The notes beneath the pieces are model-generated. The model was not told the DNA's origin, made no database searches, and worked only from the letters and a program-made list of their open reading frames with translations. The translations under genes and the position numbers were made by a program. Of a DNA stretch of 64,000 nucleotides, positions 37,693-50,322 are shown one piece after another. Numbering within the stretch: the first letter of the stretch is position 1; the number at the start of each line of letters is the position of its first letter. The DNA is from Camelus ferus (lineage: Eukaryota). The stretch spans positions 2,854,001-2,918,000 of the forward strand of contig NC_045698.1 in NCBI RefSeq assembly GCF_009834535.1. Reading direction: 5' to 3'.

Positions 37693-38591
37693 TACTATTC
37701 TTATGCTAGTTTTTAAAGATGACTTAACACTTCCAAATAGACCTTTATCTTCTATGTGAAACCAGGTGGCAGGTGTTGTCATAAAACTGTGAACTGCTCA
37801 GCACAGTTTCACAGGAAAGTGAAAAAAAGCAAGGCATATGACCAGTGTGCCCACTTTTACATGATGTTTTCAATCCTTTGTTATTATCACTGGTACTGAC
37901 TCCGACCTTCTCTTTTGTCATACTAACTTACACACTTAATGTTTCCACTACCTGCTCTGTTGAATATGTTCACATTTCCCACAACAAAAATTGGATGCGC
38001 TAATTATGGTATCATTTTTCTGGACTGAATGTTTAGGACCCTGGAAATGAGTGACATGAGGCCCTAAAAAACTGCCATTTCAGTTTGATATAGGAAAAAA
38101 TGTTAATTAATAATCAGATAGCTGGCTACAACCCTGACATATCAGTGGGGTGATTCCTGCAACCCCAAACACGCTTCTGGCAAATGTCCGTTTTGATTAT
38201 AAACAGCAGGAGCTGCCGCAGCGCTCTGGCACTTCTGCTGGTGCGTCTCCTCGCAGAAGCGCTCTCTGCAGTCAGCACTTCATGTTCACATGTCGCAGGA
38301 AACTCTGTTTTTGACTGAGTGACAGCCCTTTAGCAACAGTAACTGTTTCTAACCACGAAGGCTGCCAGAGTTGAGTTTGCACAAAAACAACAAAAATGCG
38401 CGTTTCACTGGCCCCTTAGCCTGGGCACTGGCCCAGGGCTCCAGCAGACCCAGGAGATGCCTCCTCAACCGGCGGGCCTTGGAATCGGCACGTTCAGGTC
38501 GGAGTACAACCTGCGACCTTCGACAGTCAGTAGCGTGCTTCTGCTCATGTGTTTTTGCCGTAGATTGAAAAAAATTAAATTAAATACTCAT

Positions 38592-38786
38592 CTTCTCTGA
38601 GATTATATATCTGTGGCTTTATGTCGGGGAGAGCAAGGAATTCAAGCAGGACAAAGGCACTGCTTCGACATGAAGGCCGTGTGAGGGAAGAGTGAAGGCG
38701 GAACATCAGAGCTACAGGAGATGCGGGAATGCATCCATCATCCGGGGAAATCTTGATTGACGGGTCTGCCAACACTGGGACTTCTT
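38592..38786 (-). pseudogene. Best-preserved putative exon, 195 nt, phase 1-1, open: EVPVLADPSIKISPDDGCIPASPVALMFRLHSSLTRPSCRSSAFVLLEFLALPDIKPQIYNLRE; donor appears mutated (AAG|ATGAGT)
   Basis: Acceptor ttttcctgttgtttatgaccttcag|. 64 open codons. Donor consensus with GT>AT (an alternative GTATTT lies 4 nt downstream). Confidence 0.6.
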
Positions 38787-39929
38787 CTGAAGGTCATAAA
38801 CAACAGGAAAATACTCTGGAAAGCAATAATCCGTCGGCTTCCTAATGGAACATAACAGTGTCCCCACTGAAGTGGCATGCCATCAAAAATCATTTCTAAT
38901 TATTTTAAGTAATATTTAGATCAATTCAGGGTAATCTTATTAACTTTCATGTTTATGTCTGAATTAGATTACTTTCATGTTTGTTTAAGCTCTTTTGCTT
39001 TTTAAAATGTCTCTTTCAAAGACAAATTGAGCCTGGTTAAAATAATCAATGGCTTCTGGGGGTTCAACATTTGCAGATGCCAGAGCCCCGCCTGCTCCCC
39101 AGAGTGGATCCGCTGATTCCCCCGGGGGAGCTGCCCCCCCACTTAGCAGAGCCCCACTTGGCTCCCACAGGCGCCTCCCGGCCCACGCCCAGGCGCCTTA
39201 GAAGAAGGCACCTCCGTTTATAAAGGGGCACAGTCCTCACGTGGCCTGTGACTCCTCGGAGCATGGGGCAGAGGCTCTTTGTTTGGGAAGCAATGGAGCA
39301 TCCTTTTCAGCTTGAGTCCTCACCCCCAGAAAGCCCTCCTTTTCTCTGCAGAAACACGCTCACCTGCAGTTAAAACATAAAAGGTGAGGACCTGGGGAGT
39401 CAACCCGGAAGCAGTGCTTGGAAGAACGGGGCGTTTTTAGGCCTGTGCTGTTACGTCTGGCTCTTTTCCTGGTTTTTTATATTTTGCTGCATTTTTAAAA
39501 TTAAGTTTAAATTAAGAACACCTCCAACTGAGACTTGAATGCAAACTGAGTTTCTGCTATAATGACGTCATGAATTCACACAAAGGAAAGAATGCATTTA
39601 GTATCTTGTTTCCTTTTTAGTAAATTTTATTTTGAACAGAATTGGTGGATCCGTATTAGGAATTATACAGCAACTGAACAATGCTGAAAAAGCAGACAAA
39701 CAGAATAATTGTTAAATCTTAGCTGCAGAAGCTTGGCACCACGCCCCAGCTTTTGCAGGCGAGATGAGGAGGGAGAGCGTGTGAACCCCTTGTGCTGTGC
39801 GGAAACGGTCGTATATCCCCGCTCAGTGTGTAGGGCTGTGGTTCTGCTTCTGCTGTTATCTAAGAATCTGGTTAATTTGATTGGAGCGGAGAATTCTCCC
39901 CAGGAGATAAAGCTGTCCTGTTGGTGCCC

Positions 39930-40316
39930 CTCAGCCCCACAGGTCCCTGGATGTGGCGGTGCTGTGCCCAGGCACCCGGGCCGCCCAGGACCAAGGGACT
40001 CATCCTGCAGCCCAGGGCTCTGGTCTGCTGACCTTGAGGAGCTGAGTCTCTTTCCAGAAACTGCCCTTGGCTGAAGGTTACACCCCCTCCCAGGGGGTAT
40101 CCCACATTCAGCGACTGTTTCGGGGTACAAAGCCAGCTCCTTCACACAACTGGGGGCCACTACGGACTGCATCCCAGCTCCAAGCCCATGGGACACCTGC
40201 AGCTTCTCCTGTGATGGCCTTTCAGTTAAGTCCCTCCCTCTGTCCTCGCCTCCCATGTTGGTTCCTGAGGCCCCTCCCCAGTAAACCTCCTGCACAGCAC
40301 GTACATCTCAGTCAGT
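39930..40316 (+). mobile_element. LTR16-like ERVL LTR
   Basis: ctgaaggttacacccctcccaggg...ccccagtaaacctcctgcacagcacgtacatctcagtc. Confidence 0.7.
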
Positions 40317-42151
40317 GAGATCCGACCTTCACCAATGCTAGGTTTCAAACAGTGATCAGATCTGAGGTCCAGTTTTCAAGTGCCACAGATGGCTTTCTGG
40401 ACAGAGGAAACCCATACACCTTTGTCTACAGTGGAGCCCCGTAAGTGTCCCCATCAGTGCCTGGGGGAGGGTGGGGGTGACCACAGGGGCCCTCCCTGCT
40501 CTTAGGCCTGTGGCCCAAGAAAGGCCAGGCCCTTGATGGGACAGCCCTGCAGGAGAGCACTGATGTGGGTGGCCCCCAGATAACCAGGGGTCGGTCTGAA
40601 GAAGACCGCGACACACCAGGTGGTTCCTGTCCGGTGGAGGTCCACAGAGTGCAGACAGATAGTCACTGTGCAACATGAAGTGGGCTTGAGCGAGGACCCG
40701 CGGGTGTGTAAGGACAGACCACCTGCCTGGGAGTGGGGTTTGGAGATGTGAGGGGGGCGGGAGGAAGTGGGGCAGACGTGGTCAGAGCAGGCTTCCTGGT
40801 GGGGGCTGGGCGGGAGCTGATCTCTGAACATGAGCTCCCTCTGCCAGGAGGTCACCCCCCCGTGAAAGGACTGCTTCCTAAGGCCAGGCGTGTCCCAGCG
40901 GGGGACCGTCAGGCAGGGGAGCAGGTGTGCAGGGCTCTGTTGCTACTTCGCTAGGCAGGACGGCAGGGAGCCCGCGCTGCGGGGAGCTGACTTGGCCCTG
41001 CTCTGGGCGGCACACGCGACCGTGCCAAGACCAGGCTCCTTCCCTGGGGTCGGGGACGGTCTGGAGGCGCCCGGCGCGGACAGGTCCTCCCAGTGGTGGG
41101 AAGGGTGTGCCGTCGGGGAGGCAGCGGGGGACCATGCCTACCGCACACACACCCCCCCGGAGTTACGCTGGGCTGTGCTCCCTTGGTGCTTCCCCTCACC
41201 AGCTCACGTCCCAGCCCGGAGCTCTGGACACATCCCCATGACCATCTTTGCTCTGCAGCTGGGAAAGTGAGACAATGGAAGGGCAGGTGAGCTGCCCAAA
41301 GCCACACACCTGGGAAGCCACGAGGCCTGGGTGCAGACTCAGGGATGCTCCCACCATGCCAGCACCCTTGCCCCTGGTCTGCACGAACCCCGACGGCAAG
41401 AGGAGGGCAGCCTCGGGAAATCAGGATGGACCCTCTCCTTGGAAGCTGGGGAGGTGACGGCCTCCAGGAACCTGCTCAGAGGCGCAGAACCCATGTGCGG
41501 GCCTGGAAGGTGGACCCTCAGACCTAAGCTGAAGCCACACTCTCTGCACGGGGCGGCTCTGGCTCAGAACCTCACACGGGGCTCTGGCCTCCCTGAGCTG
41601 CATTCACAGGCAGCGACACGGCCGAGGAGGGAGACCCTGGAGGGCCCACTGCCTAGTCCTGGGACCTGAGGCCATTCCCAGTCGGTCCCAGAAGCTGGAG
41701 CTCCGAGTCTGCAGGTGGAAGCCGGGTGCCTGGGTGTACAAAGAGCTCCTGAAGGTGAGGCAGGCACCGGCCCCGCACAGCGCCTCCTGCCTGAATCATA
41801 TCTTCCCTGTGACAAGATGCCACTCACAGACCTGCCGGAGCCGCACCCCGAACTGGGCGGGGCCGTGAGCAAAGGGCACGTGCTTGTCTTGAAGCCCTGA
41901 TGTCACCCCCAGGTCACTGACCACAGGGTGCAGGCGGGTCCTTCCCTGTGTCAGCACCTTTCCTCTCGCTTCTGTTCTTTGGGACTTGCTCAGATGGCCA
42001 TTTCATGTAGAGACATCATTGAAATGGTTCAGGCCCACAGTTGTAATAGCTGCACAGTCCTTGAATTTCCACTGAGGTGAACAAGACGCAAAATTCAACA
42101 TGAGGAGCACTGAGGCCGAACGTGCTGTGACAATTCTTTAGAAATACTTCC

Positions 42152-42300
42152 GGAGGGAGGGGATGATCAGTGGTAGGGCACGTGCTTAGCATGCACCAGG
42201 TCCTGGGTTCAATTCCCAGCACCTCCACTAAGTAAAAATAAAGACATAAATAAACCTAGTTACCTTCCCCCAAACAAGTACAAAAAAATAAGAAAAAAAT
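42152..42300 (+). mobile_element. Vic-1-type camelid tRNA-derived SINE
   Basis: tcagtggtagggcacgtgcttagcatgcaccaggtcctgggttcaattcccagcacctcca (A/B boxes), then aaataaacctagttaccttccccc and an A-tail. TSD AAATACTT at 42142 and 42302. Confidence 0.85.
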
Positions 42301-42582
42301 CAAATACTTTCTACAATGTCTTATGCTTAAGATTAACAGATCACAGATTGAAGTAGTCTAAAATAGCTAGTTTCCCTCAATGTTTGCTCTTGACTTATTT
42401 TTCGTTCCTTTAAAGTGTACATTTTCTTTTAAAATATGAAGCTCTCTTACAGGATTTTATTCTGAAAATGAGCAACATAGATGACTTGCCAACCTTCGAG
42501 GAAAAACGTATTTCTATCGGAAACTGCACATTTGCTATTTCTTGGCTCTTTTAAACAGTATCAGCCTTCTGAGGGAAATTAC

Positions 42583-42679
42583 TTGCATACAGGAATTTGA
42601 CACCAAATAGTATATATACACATATCCTTCAGTGGTCTGATGCCTGAAGGGTCAGACAGTGGAAGGGCTGTCGTTCCCG
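42583..42679 (-). pseudogene. Putative exon remnant, 97 nt (GTTALPLSDPSGIRPLKDMCIYTIWCQIPVC open, or RERQPFHCLTLQASDH*RICVYILFGVKFLYA)
   Basis: Acceptor gtgttctccccaattatag| and donor CAA|GTAATT. Ancestral frame ambiguous. Confidence 0.4.
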
Positions 42680-43429
42680 CTATAATTGGGGAGAACACGG
42701 TCTCAGTGTCTGGGGACCTGCAGGTCGCTTGTCCAGGGCCGGAAGGGGAGCCGCGGTCCAGGGTGCCTGGCCACGTCTTCATTCACGTCACCTGTCACCT
42801 CGGAGGGTGACGGCCATCCCCGGTGCCACGTGGAGCAGCCACTGCCGTTTATAATTGTGCCAATCTCCTCTCAGCCCATCACCGCTGCAGATTGTGACTT
42901 TTTGAGGTCAGAAAACCTTGAGTTTTGCTTCAAGCTGGTCATTAAGTGTTGCTAATAGCTTTCCTGGGGAAACTGAGACTAACAGGATGTGACTTCATAT
43001 ACATATGACCTGTCAGAAGCTGTCCCCCCCAAGTGTCACTGTTGCAGTGGAGTAAGTGGCATCGCACAGGAAGGTCCGCCCTGTTTGCAGACAGGGTGCA
43101 GAGGACCAATGCCTGGACAGGCCTTTCCCACTGCCGTCCTTGGTCAGGGCTTGTAGGTGGGGAGGCGCCTGCGGCTGACTCCGGCTCAGAGCTGCTTCTT
43201 CCCGACGAAGCTGTTGCTTCTCCCCTCTGCCCAGGACACGTGTCAAGATAAGTGGTCTTCTATTCGGAATTCCACCCCTCCCCATGGAAGCTCCAGCTCA
43301 GTTAGCAAGCAGGTGAGAATGAGAAACAGAGGAAGACTGGGGATAGATGTATTTTGAAATTAACCCCTTTGGATTTTGGTCACCAATCCTGCTTTTGAGT
43401 GGAAAGTCAAGGATGTGGGGTTTTTTTTT

Positions 43430-43920
43430 TTTTTTGTATTTGGGTTGTTTTTTTTGACATATACTCAATTTACAAGGTTGTGTTAATTTCTGGTATACAG
43501 CATAGTGATTCATATATATATGTTGTGTGTATATATATATATTCCTTTCCATATTCTTTTTTCTAGGTCATTATAAGGTATTGAATATAGTTTCCTGTGC
43601 TATACGGTGGGACACTGTTGTTTATTTTATATATAGTACTTAGTATCTGCAAATCCTGAACTCCCAGTTTATCCCTCCCCACCCCTTTTCCCCCTGGTAA
43701 CCATAAGCTGATTTTCTATGTCCATTTCCATTTTGTAAATAAGTTCATTTGTGTCTTTTTTTTTTTTTTTTAGATTCCACATGTAAGTGATATCCTATGG
43801 TATTTGTCCTTCTCTTTCTGGCTTACTTCACTGATATGACAGTCTCCAGGTCCATCCATGTTGCTGCAAATGGCATTATTTTTCTTTTTCATGGCTGAGT
43901 AGTATTCCATTGTATGCATA

Positions 43921-43951
<31 letters not shown>

Positions 43952-43975
43952 TCTCACAATTTTTTATCCAGTCAC
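43430..43975 (-). mobile_element. Young L1 3' end
   Basis: Antisense 3' UTR and ORF2 end (tagattccacatgtaagtgatatc...catgttgctgcaaatggcattatt). Confidence 0.92.
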
Positions 43976-44943
43976 ACAGCTGTTTTCCGTAAGAGTTGTG
44001 ACTTGAAAAGAAATACAAATAATAGGGGAAATAAACATTACCTTAAGCCTTACTTTAGTTACACTGTTTCACAGAACCTCTGTGTGGTGCTCAAACAGGC
44101 AATGATGTCCAGGAACCAGGCGATGGGCAGTGTCAGGGGAGGGGTGGAGAGCGTCAGTGACTGCCCCTCTTTTGCTTCTGAGGGACCCTTCATCTGAGGT
44201 CTCATCCTTCATCAGAGTCCCTGCTGACCAGCTGTGACCCACATGTGCACACATACATAGGTAGCATCTGTGACTTTGTTCAGGCCAGATGGGCCCTCTG
44301 ACTCTGTTTCCTTGATTGCCAATATATAAAACTGGGCTGTTAGGACCCACTTGCAAGATGAAATGCCATAAACCCAGAGCTCAGCACACGGTAAATTACC
44401 CAACAGATGTTAGTTAAGTAGGATTTAGCCTGGTCCAGTTTTGTTGAAGTATTTAAAGTATTGGTGTAGAGTCAGTTATTCTGAAACTTTACTAAGTGCC
44501 CTTGCTATTTGAAGCCTAAACTTCATCAAGTTAGCATCATTTAGCTAAGTGGGATTTTTGGTAGAAAGCAGCCTCCTCGCATGTGGGGCCCAGCCCCCTT
44601 CTGCTCTGTGCGGAGAGAGGCAGCGCGTCCCGGGGCCCCACTGCGGCCATGCCTGGACTGACCAGTGTCTGTGCCCAAACAGCATCAGGCTGCAGCTGGC
44701 CCGCTTCCACAGAGGTGCTCGCTGCTTTTCCATGGATCCTTCTCGCTTTATTCATTTATCTATGTTTGCAATAGGAAAGCACCGCCGTTGTCACTGGAAA
44801 TATTAATGACGTCACCGAAGCTTGTATGTGTGCTCTGCAGAGGGTGTTCCACAGATCAGCCTGGTTTGTGCCGCCCCAACTGCAGACCATCTCAGAGCTC
44901 CATCTTCCCAACCTGTTCCTTCGTCAGTGTAGGTAGTGGCTGC

Positions 44944-45385
44944 TGTGCCGGTTTGAACAGGGTCCTCCCAAATTTCACCTCCACCTGGAACCTCAGACTA
45001 TGACCTTATTCGGAAATAGGGTCTTTACAGATGTAATCAAGTTAAGACAAGGTTATACTGGACTCGGGTCAGCGCCAAATCCACTGACCAGTGTCCTTAG
45101 GAAGAGAAGAGGACTTGGAGAGATAAACGCAGAGACGCAGCGGGGAGGAGGCCACACGAAGACAAGTGGGGTGATGGACCAGATGCAGCCACAAGCCCGG
45201 GGCGGCCAGGAGCCACCAGAAGCTGGAAGAGGCAAGACAGGGTTCTTCCTTAGAGCTTTGCAGGGACTGGCCCTGCTGGCACCTGGTTTCAGGTGTCTGG
45301 CCTCCAGACTGTGTGACAACCTCTTTCTGTTGTTTTAAGCTCTTCTGTTTGTAGGGCCTTTTCACAGCAGCCCCGGAACTAGTGC
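44944..45385 (+). mobile_element. MLT1C-like MaLR LTR
   Basis: gaacctcagactatgaccttattcggaaatagggtctttacagatgtaatcaagttaag...ccaccagaagctggaagaggcaag. Confidence 0.9.
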
Positions 45386-45912
45386 TGTTCCCGGCCTCAG
45401 CTCCCCACCCCAGACGCCCCGTGCTGTAAGGGACACTTTCAACATGCGGAATTGGTTTTCATCCAGCATAATGGTTTTTGTGTGTAAGCCCCTCTCTGCC
45501 ATCCTCTCGCCATGGGATCAACCTCCGTGCTCCTCAATTTCTGCATAAATAAAACGGGGCAATTGAAAAAACAGTTGGTGGATAACATTCCACTAATAAA
45601 TGCACAAAACCCTATTAATAGATATATTTACATTTGCTTCTATGATAATAAGAAGGCTCTGAAAAACATTTTGAGGTTAGATCAAGAGCAAATGGAAAAG
45701 CGTCTTTGAGGATTTCTGCAAGTAATTTAGTAGGCATTTCATTCCGGCTATTTTTGCCACCTTTGAAATATATTTCATGTAAATTTGAATTCAAAGTATT
45801 TTTAAAGTAAGAAGTGTGGCTGCTAATAGCAAAGGCATGAGAAGTATCTGCCTAAAGCACAGTCACAAGTGAGCTTTGAATTTGCGGGGTGGGGGAGTGC
45901 TATCATTATCCT

Positions 45913-46267
45913 GTGCTCTACGCCGAATGTCCGCATCCTCCCAAATTCGCATGTGGACCCCTCACCTCCAATGCGATGGTGTTAGGTGGTGGGACCTTTG
46001 GGAGGTGGTTACTATCAAGAGGATGGAGCCCCCTGATAGGATGAGAGCCCCCTCAGGCCCCAGGGAGCTCCCTTGCACCTTCTGCCATGTGAGGACCCAG
46101 CGAGAAGTCAGCTGTCTGTGAACCAGCAGCGGGTCCTCATCGGACCCCAGATCTGTCAACGCCTTGATCTTGGACTTCCCGCCTCCAGAACTGTGAGAAA
46201 TACATTTCTGTGTTTATAAGCCACCAAGCCTAGGGGATTCTGTTACAGCAGCTCAAAGGAACTGACA
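45913..46267 (+). mobile_element. MLT1A-like MaLR LTR
   Basis: ggacctttgggaggtgg...gccatgtgaggac...gccttgatcttggacttcccgcctccagaactgtgagaaatacatttctgtgtttataagccacc. Confidence 0.9.
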
Positions 46268-47821
46268 TTCTGTATTTCAGGCTAAACCGTCCAAGTGAAA
46301 ACCTGGCCTAAAACTCTATGCATCATCAAATTGGGAAAGCTGGTGTGGCCCGGCCCCTTCCCAGCGCCTCCATCCAAAGGCCGTGGTGTGGGCTTGTAGG
46401 AGCCCCCTGGCCCAGGGCAAGGACGTAGTCAGTAGAGGTGACAGGGGCCGGTGAGGTCTTTGTCTTGGTTGACGCCCGTCCCTCCACCTTGTGTGTCTCT
46501 GGCACTTCTCACTGTGGCTCATTCCCCTCCTAGGTCTGTCCATCTCATCCACCTGATTGTTGTCCACCTGAGTGTGCTCTGTCCACCCTCCATCCCTGCC
46601 GCTGCTGGAGGCAGAGGTGTCATGGTCAGTGACCTGGACGGGGCCAGCTGCAGGGGTAACATCCAGCTGAGGACCATCCAGCCCAGGCTCCTCTCCTCAG
46701 AATGCCCAGTTAGGATTTGTCCCAAACAAGTGGCGGCTGAATCCTCACTGTGGACAAGCATCTCTGCTTCAGAAAGATCTTCATTTCCTGTTATGTAAAG
46801 AGTAGGAGAATAAGAAAATAATTTTTAAAACCACTATTATTTTCTCACCTGAACACTCAATTGATTTTGTACGTTCACTTCCAGCCTTCGCCCACACAGA
46901 TACAGGTATTTTGCAGAAGTGTGAGCAGAGCACTTACATTTCTATACAGTGCATTTTTCACTTAACATAAGCATTGTTCTCTAGTGCTCTGCAATTTTGT
47001 ACACATATTTTAAACGACTGTAATATTTCTTCCAATGAATTTATTGGAATTTCTTCTTTTATCTGCTCATAGATATTTAGATAGTTTTTCTTCAAATACT
47101 TAAAGAGCTTGCTTTATACAGTCCTTTGGGGTCTCGACTATTAAAAACTGAGTAACAACTTTAAAATCGATTTATAAAATGACGTTTTACAGGTTCCACA
47201 ATCCGTTTTAGTAGAAACAGTGTCGGGAACACGTCATGCCTTTGGCGGTGACACGGCGGTTGCCACGTGCTAGATAACCCCCTTAGCATACACGCCGCGG
47301 CTCGGGGCTTCTCAGGTTCAGGGGTCTGCCCTTTTCTCCCCTTGCCATCAAGATTTAGTGTCTACAGGCAGTCCGCACCAATAATCAGGGCCAGTGGGGT
47401 TGCACAGAGAGTGGCTTCTCTTTGCTAAATACTCCTTTATTAGAAAAAATATGAAGTAACCATTATACAAGTAAAATATAGTTAAAATAATAATACTCAA
47501 TTCCCATGACGTTGGGGCCACACCGAATCGCTTGAGCACTTTTAGGGGCCAGAGGAAGCATATCAGGGAGGTGAGTGAGATCCCCAAGTTCTCATAGCTG
47601 GTTGGTGATGGAACAGAACTTTCCCTATTGGCGATGAACAGAACTAACACTACAGATTCCTGAATCCCAAGACACACTTTACGGGGAGTCCGCGCACGGG
47701 CTGAGCCGCCTCGTGGCACAGGACTGGCCCCAGGCCAGCTGCCTTCCCAAGTCTAGTGATGGTTAGTTTTTCTGCTAGAGTAAAACACTATTTTTTCCTT
47801 TAGTCAAGGAGAATCCATCCA

Positions 47822-48560
47822 TAATCATTCATGCAGTAAATATTGAGCACCTACCCTGTGGTGGATTTTGCTTTGGGAACTAAAGATGTGGCGCTCACTC
47901 AACCAACCAAGGCCCTGTTCTAGGGGGGCTCCATCCGGGAGGAGACAGGACAACAACCGGGCAAGCAGACAGATAAGAAGGAAACTGAGGAACTGGGAAA
48001 GTCAAAGCCATGCCGGGCAGTGACGTGATTCCACGGAAGACGGCTGGTCTGTCCAGGTGGCCAGGAAAGACTCTTCAGTAAGGTGACGTTTAGGCAGAGC
48101 GCTAGCAGAAGGGAAGCTGGAGGGCAGAGGCCCAGCACGGGAGGAAGAGAGAAGACGGCGGGAAGCAGGGAAAGAGAGGAGGCGCGGACGGCAGGGAGCG
48201 AGCGGGCGGCTGGACGACCTAGGACCTTTGGGGCTTTGGTGAGGGCTGCCGTCTTTGTTTCCAAGTAGGTGGAAAACCACTGGAGAATTCTGAGCCACAA
48301 GCAGCTGATCTAAATTGTGATGTGTGTGTCCGGCTTCTGTAAGAGGAGGTGAAAGATGGTCAAGAGAGGAAGCTGCAAGATGTGTCGAGACTTGGAAACC
48401 AGCATCGTGGAAGTCCAGGTGATAAACGCTGGCAGCCGGGACTGGAGTTGTGGTCCTCAAATTGGTGTGATGGGGGACCCTGAAAGTATCTAGAAGGCAG
48501 AGCCAAGAGGACCCACCAAGGAATCTAGTGTGGGTGAGAGAGAAAAGTGTAATTATGAAT
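47822..48560 (-). mobile_element. L2 3' region
   Basis: cattcatgcagtaaatattgagcacctacc...ggaaagactcttcagtaaggtgacgttt...aaccactggagaattctgagc. Confidence 0.75.
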
Positions 48561-48639
48561 GCCTGGAAGCTTGTTTCTTTTCCCTCAATAGTCAGGGTGA
48601 GTTGTGAGGGGTGCTGACAGGACGGCAGGTGTCTCATAC

Positions 48640-48928
48640 CTATGGCAGGTGAGCTTCAGAATTTTACAAATTGTTCAACAGCGTTTCCAGTGGTTTGCAT
48701 TTGTAATGAAGGAACACGTTCATTCAGCTCTTTTCTTCTTTTTCAAAACAGTCTTACCCTCTCCTCAGCAGCACGGTAAGAATCAGCACGTTGCTCGGAA
48801 CGCTCAGTAGCAGAAGGGAGCCCCTGACTGCTCCTGCTGGGGACGTGTGAGGAGCCGAGGCCGGGAGCTGGCAAGGCCGCAGGTTTGGTGACTCCAGAGG
48901 GAAGCAGGCAGACTACACACCTCGCAGG
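48640..48928 (-). pseudogene. Putative exon remnant: ...ERSEQRADSYRAAEERVRLF*KRRKELNERVPSLQMQTTGNAVEQFVKF*SSPAI
   Basis: Donor TAG|GTATGA at 48639. One frame of ~95 codons with 2 TGA stops. Acceptor uncertain. Confidence 0.4.
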
Positions 48929-49599
48929 CTGTGGAGTCCAGGTGGTTCCAGTGAAAAATAGTGTCACATTTATTATTAATGATGAACAGGAGGGTTTGGA
49001 TTCAGCAGAGGGAGAAAATATGTAAATTAGGATAAACAGGATCGTGATTTGTGATCTTACAACAGTTGCTGCTGGTTTTTTGTCTTTGAATTTATCTTTT
49101 CCTGTCCTTGTTCAATGCTTAGTTTCTGTGAATAGAAGAAAAGGTTCAGGAGCTTATGCAAATAGGGAAAGGACAGGGCAGAGATCAGCTTCTCCAAGTT
49201 CATCACAACCCACTAAGTCAGGAGAGCACCTGCGAGGTCCTCTGGGCAGCCCTGCACTGGCACCCGACTCCCTGCACACACTTGGAGTTGTCTTCGCCTT
49301 CTTCTCCTTAAACCCTGGAATCCCTGGGTGTTCATGGTTTGTTCAGGAGACTAAACAAGAATGGGAATATATGTGGGAAATATTTTGACTTTTCTTTAGA
49401 GCTAAAACATCAGAGTGGTGTGTCCGAGAAGACAGTGGAACGGATTGTGGAACTGCGTTGAAATATACAGACTGGTCCTCTCCCAGGAGATCAAGGAGAA
49501 CAGAGAACCAAGAAGGGGTGTGACTAAAATGACACGGGCACGTTTGACCCGGAAGCAGCAGCAGAAAAATGAAGTGGTCAAGAGAGTCTTTCTGAAAAA

Positions 49600-50090
49600 C
49601 TGGATTGGGCAGGGTTAGCTGGTAGAACCCACAGTAGATGTGATCTTGAAATTCCCTTTTGCGTACCTTCTCTGCTGCTCATGGGGATCAAAGGTACAGT
49701 AAGGCTGGGACCTAGAGCTCAGTGCCGATTATTACTGATGTTAAATGTGGATGAGTAACAAGAGGGTTAAATGTGCTGACGACACAAGACAATTGGGTTA
49801 GTGAAGACCAGCGAGGACGGCAGAGCATCCCAGATGCACTGAACAGAGCTCAGTAACTGGGCAACACGATGGCAGATGAAAACCACCCTAGACAAGAGAA
49901 GCTTACCGCGAAGAATAAATTAAATGCCTCCTCTACGCTGAAGGGCTCTGAGTTAGTTGTAGCCTCTTGAGAATAAGATCTAAAAATCATCACAGCTCAG
50001 TGGAAACATCTGCTCTGTGAGGAGCACCAGTCAGAAAGAATGATCACGACGTCAGGCTGTATGAGGACGGAAATTAAAAAGGCATGCACG
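49600..50090 (+). mobile_element. Ancient CR1/L3 LINE reverse-transcriptase fragment
   Basis: Translates KCADDT (49769-49786; cf. CR1 KFADDT) and then LSNWATRWQMK. VDVI-like motif upstream. Confidence 0.75.
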
Positions 50091-50322
50091 ATTTACAGTC
50101 ATGAGAGCGAAGGCCTCCTTCCCCAAGCTTTTGTAAAAACCAAGGAAAGAAAACATTAAAAGGGGGAGAAAAACTCGATGTGACGGGGGTCCACTGGCTG
50201 TGCATCTATTCAGACGGCCAAGTAGAGAGAAGAGGAGTAAACAAAAGAGTGTCCTGTTTCACCTCCGATACATGGGCAGTAGAAAGCGTCGTCTGCAGGA
50301 GGGCTGCTCTAGCCTGAGTCAC

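Noticed and set aside
39663..40295. 210-aa minus-strand ORF
   Set aside because: Lies largely within an LTR16-like repeat.
42152..42228. tRNA-Ala-like sequence
   Set aside because: Degenerate, and followed by a SINE body, A-tail and TSD. It is a SINE, not a tRNA gene.
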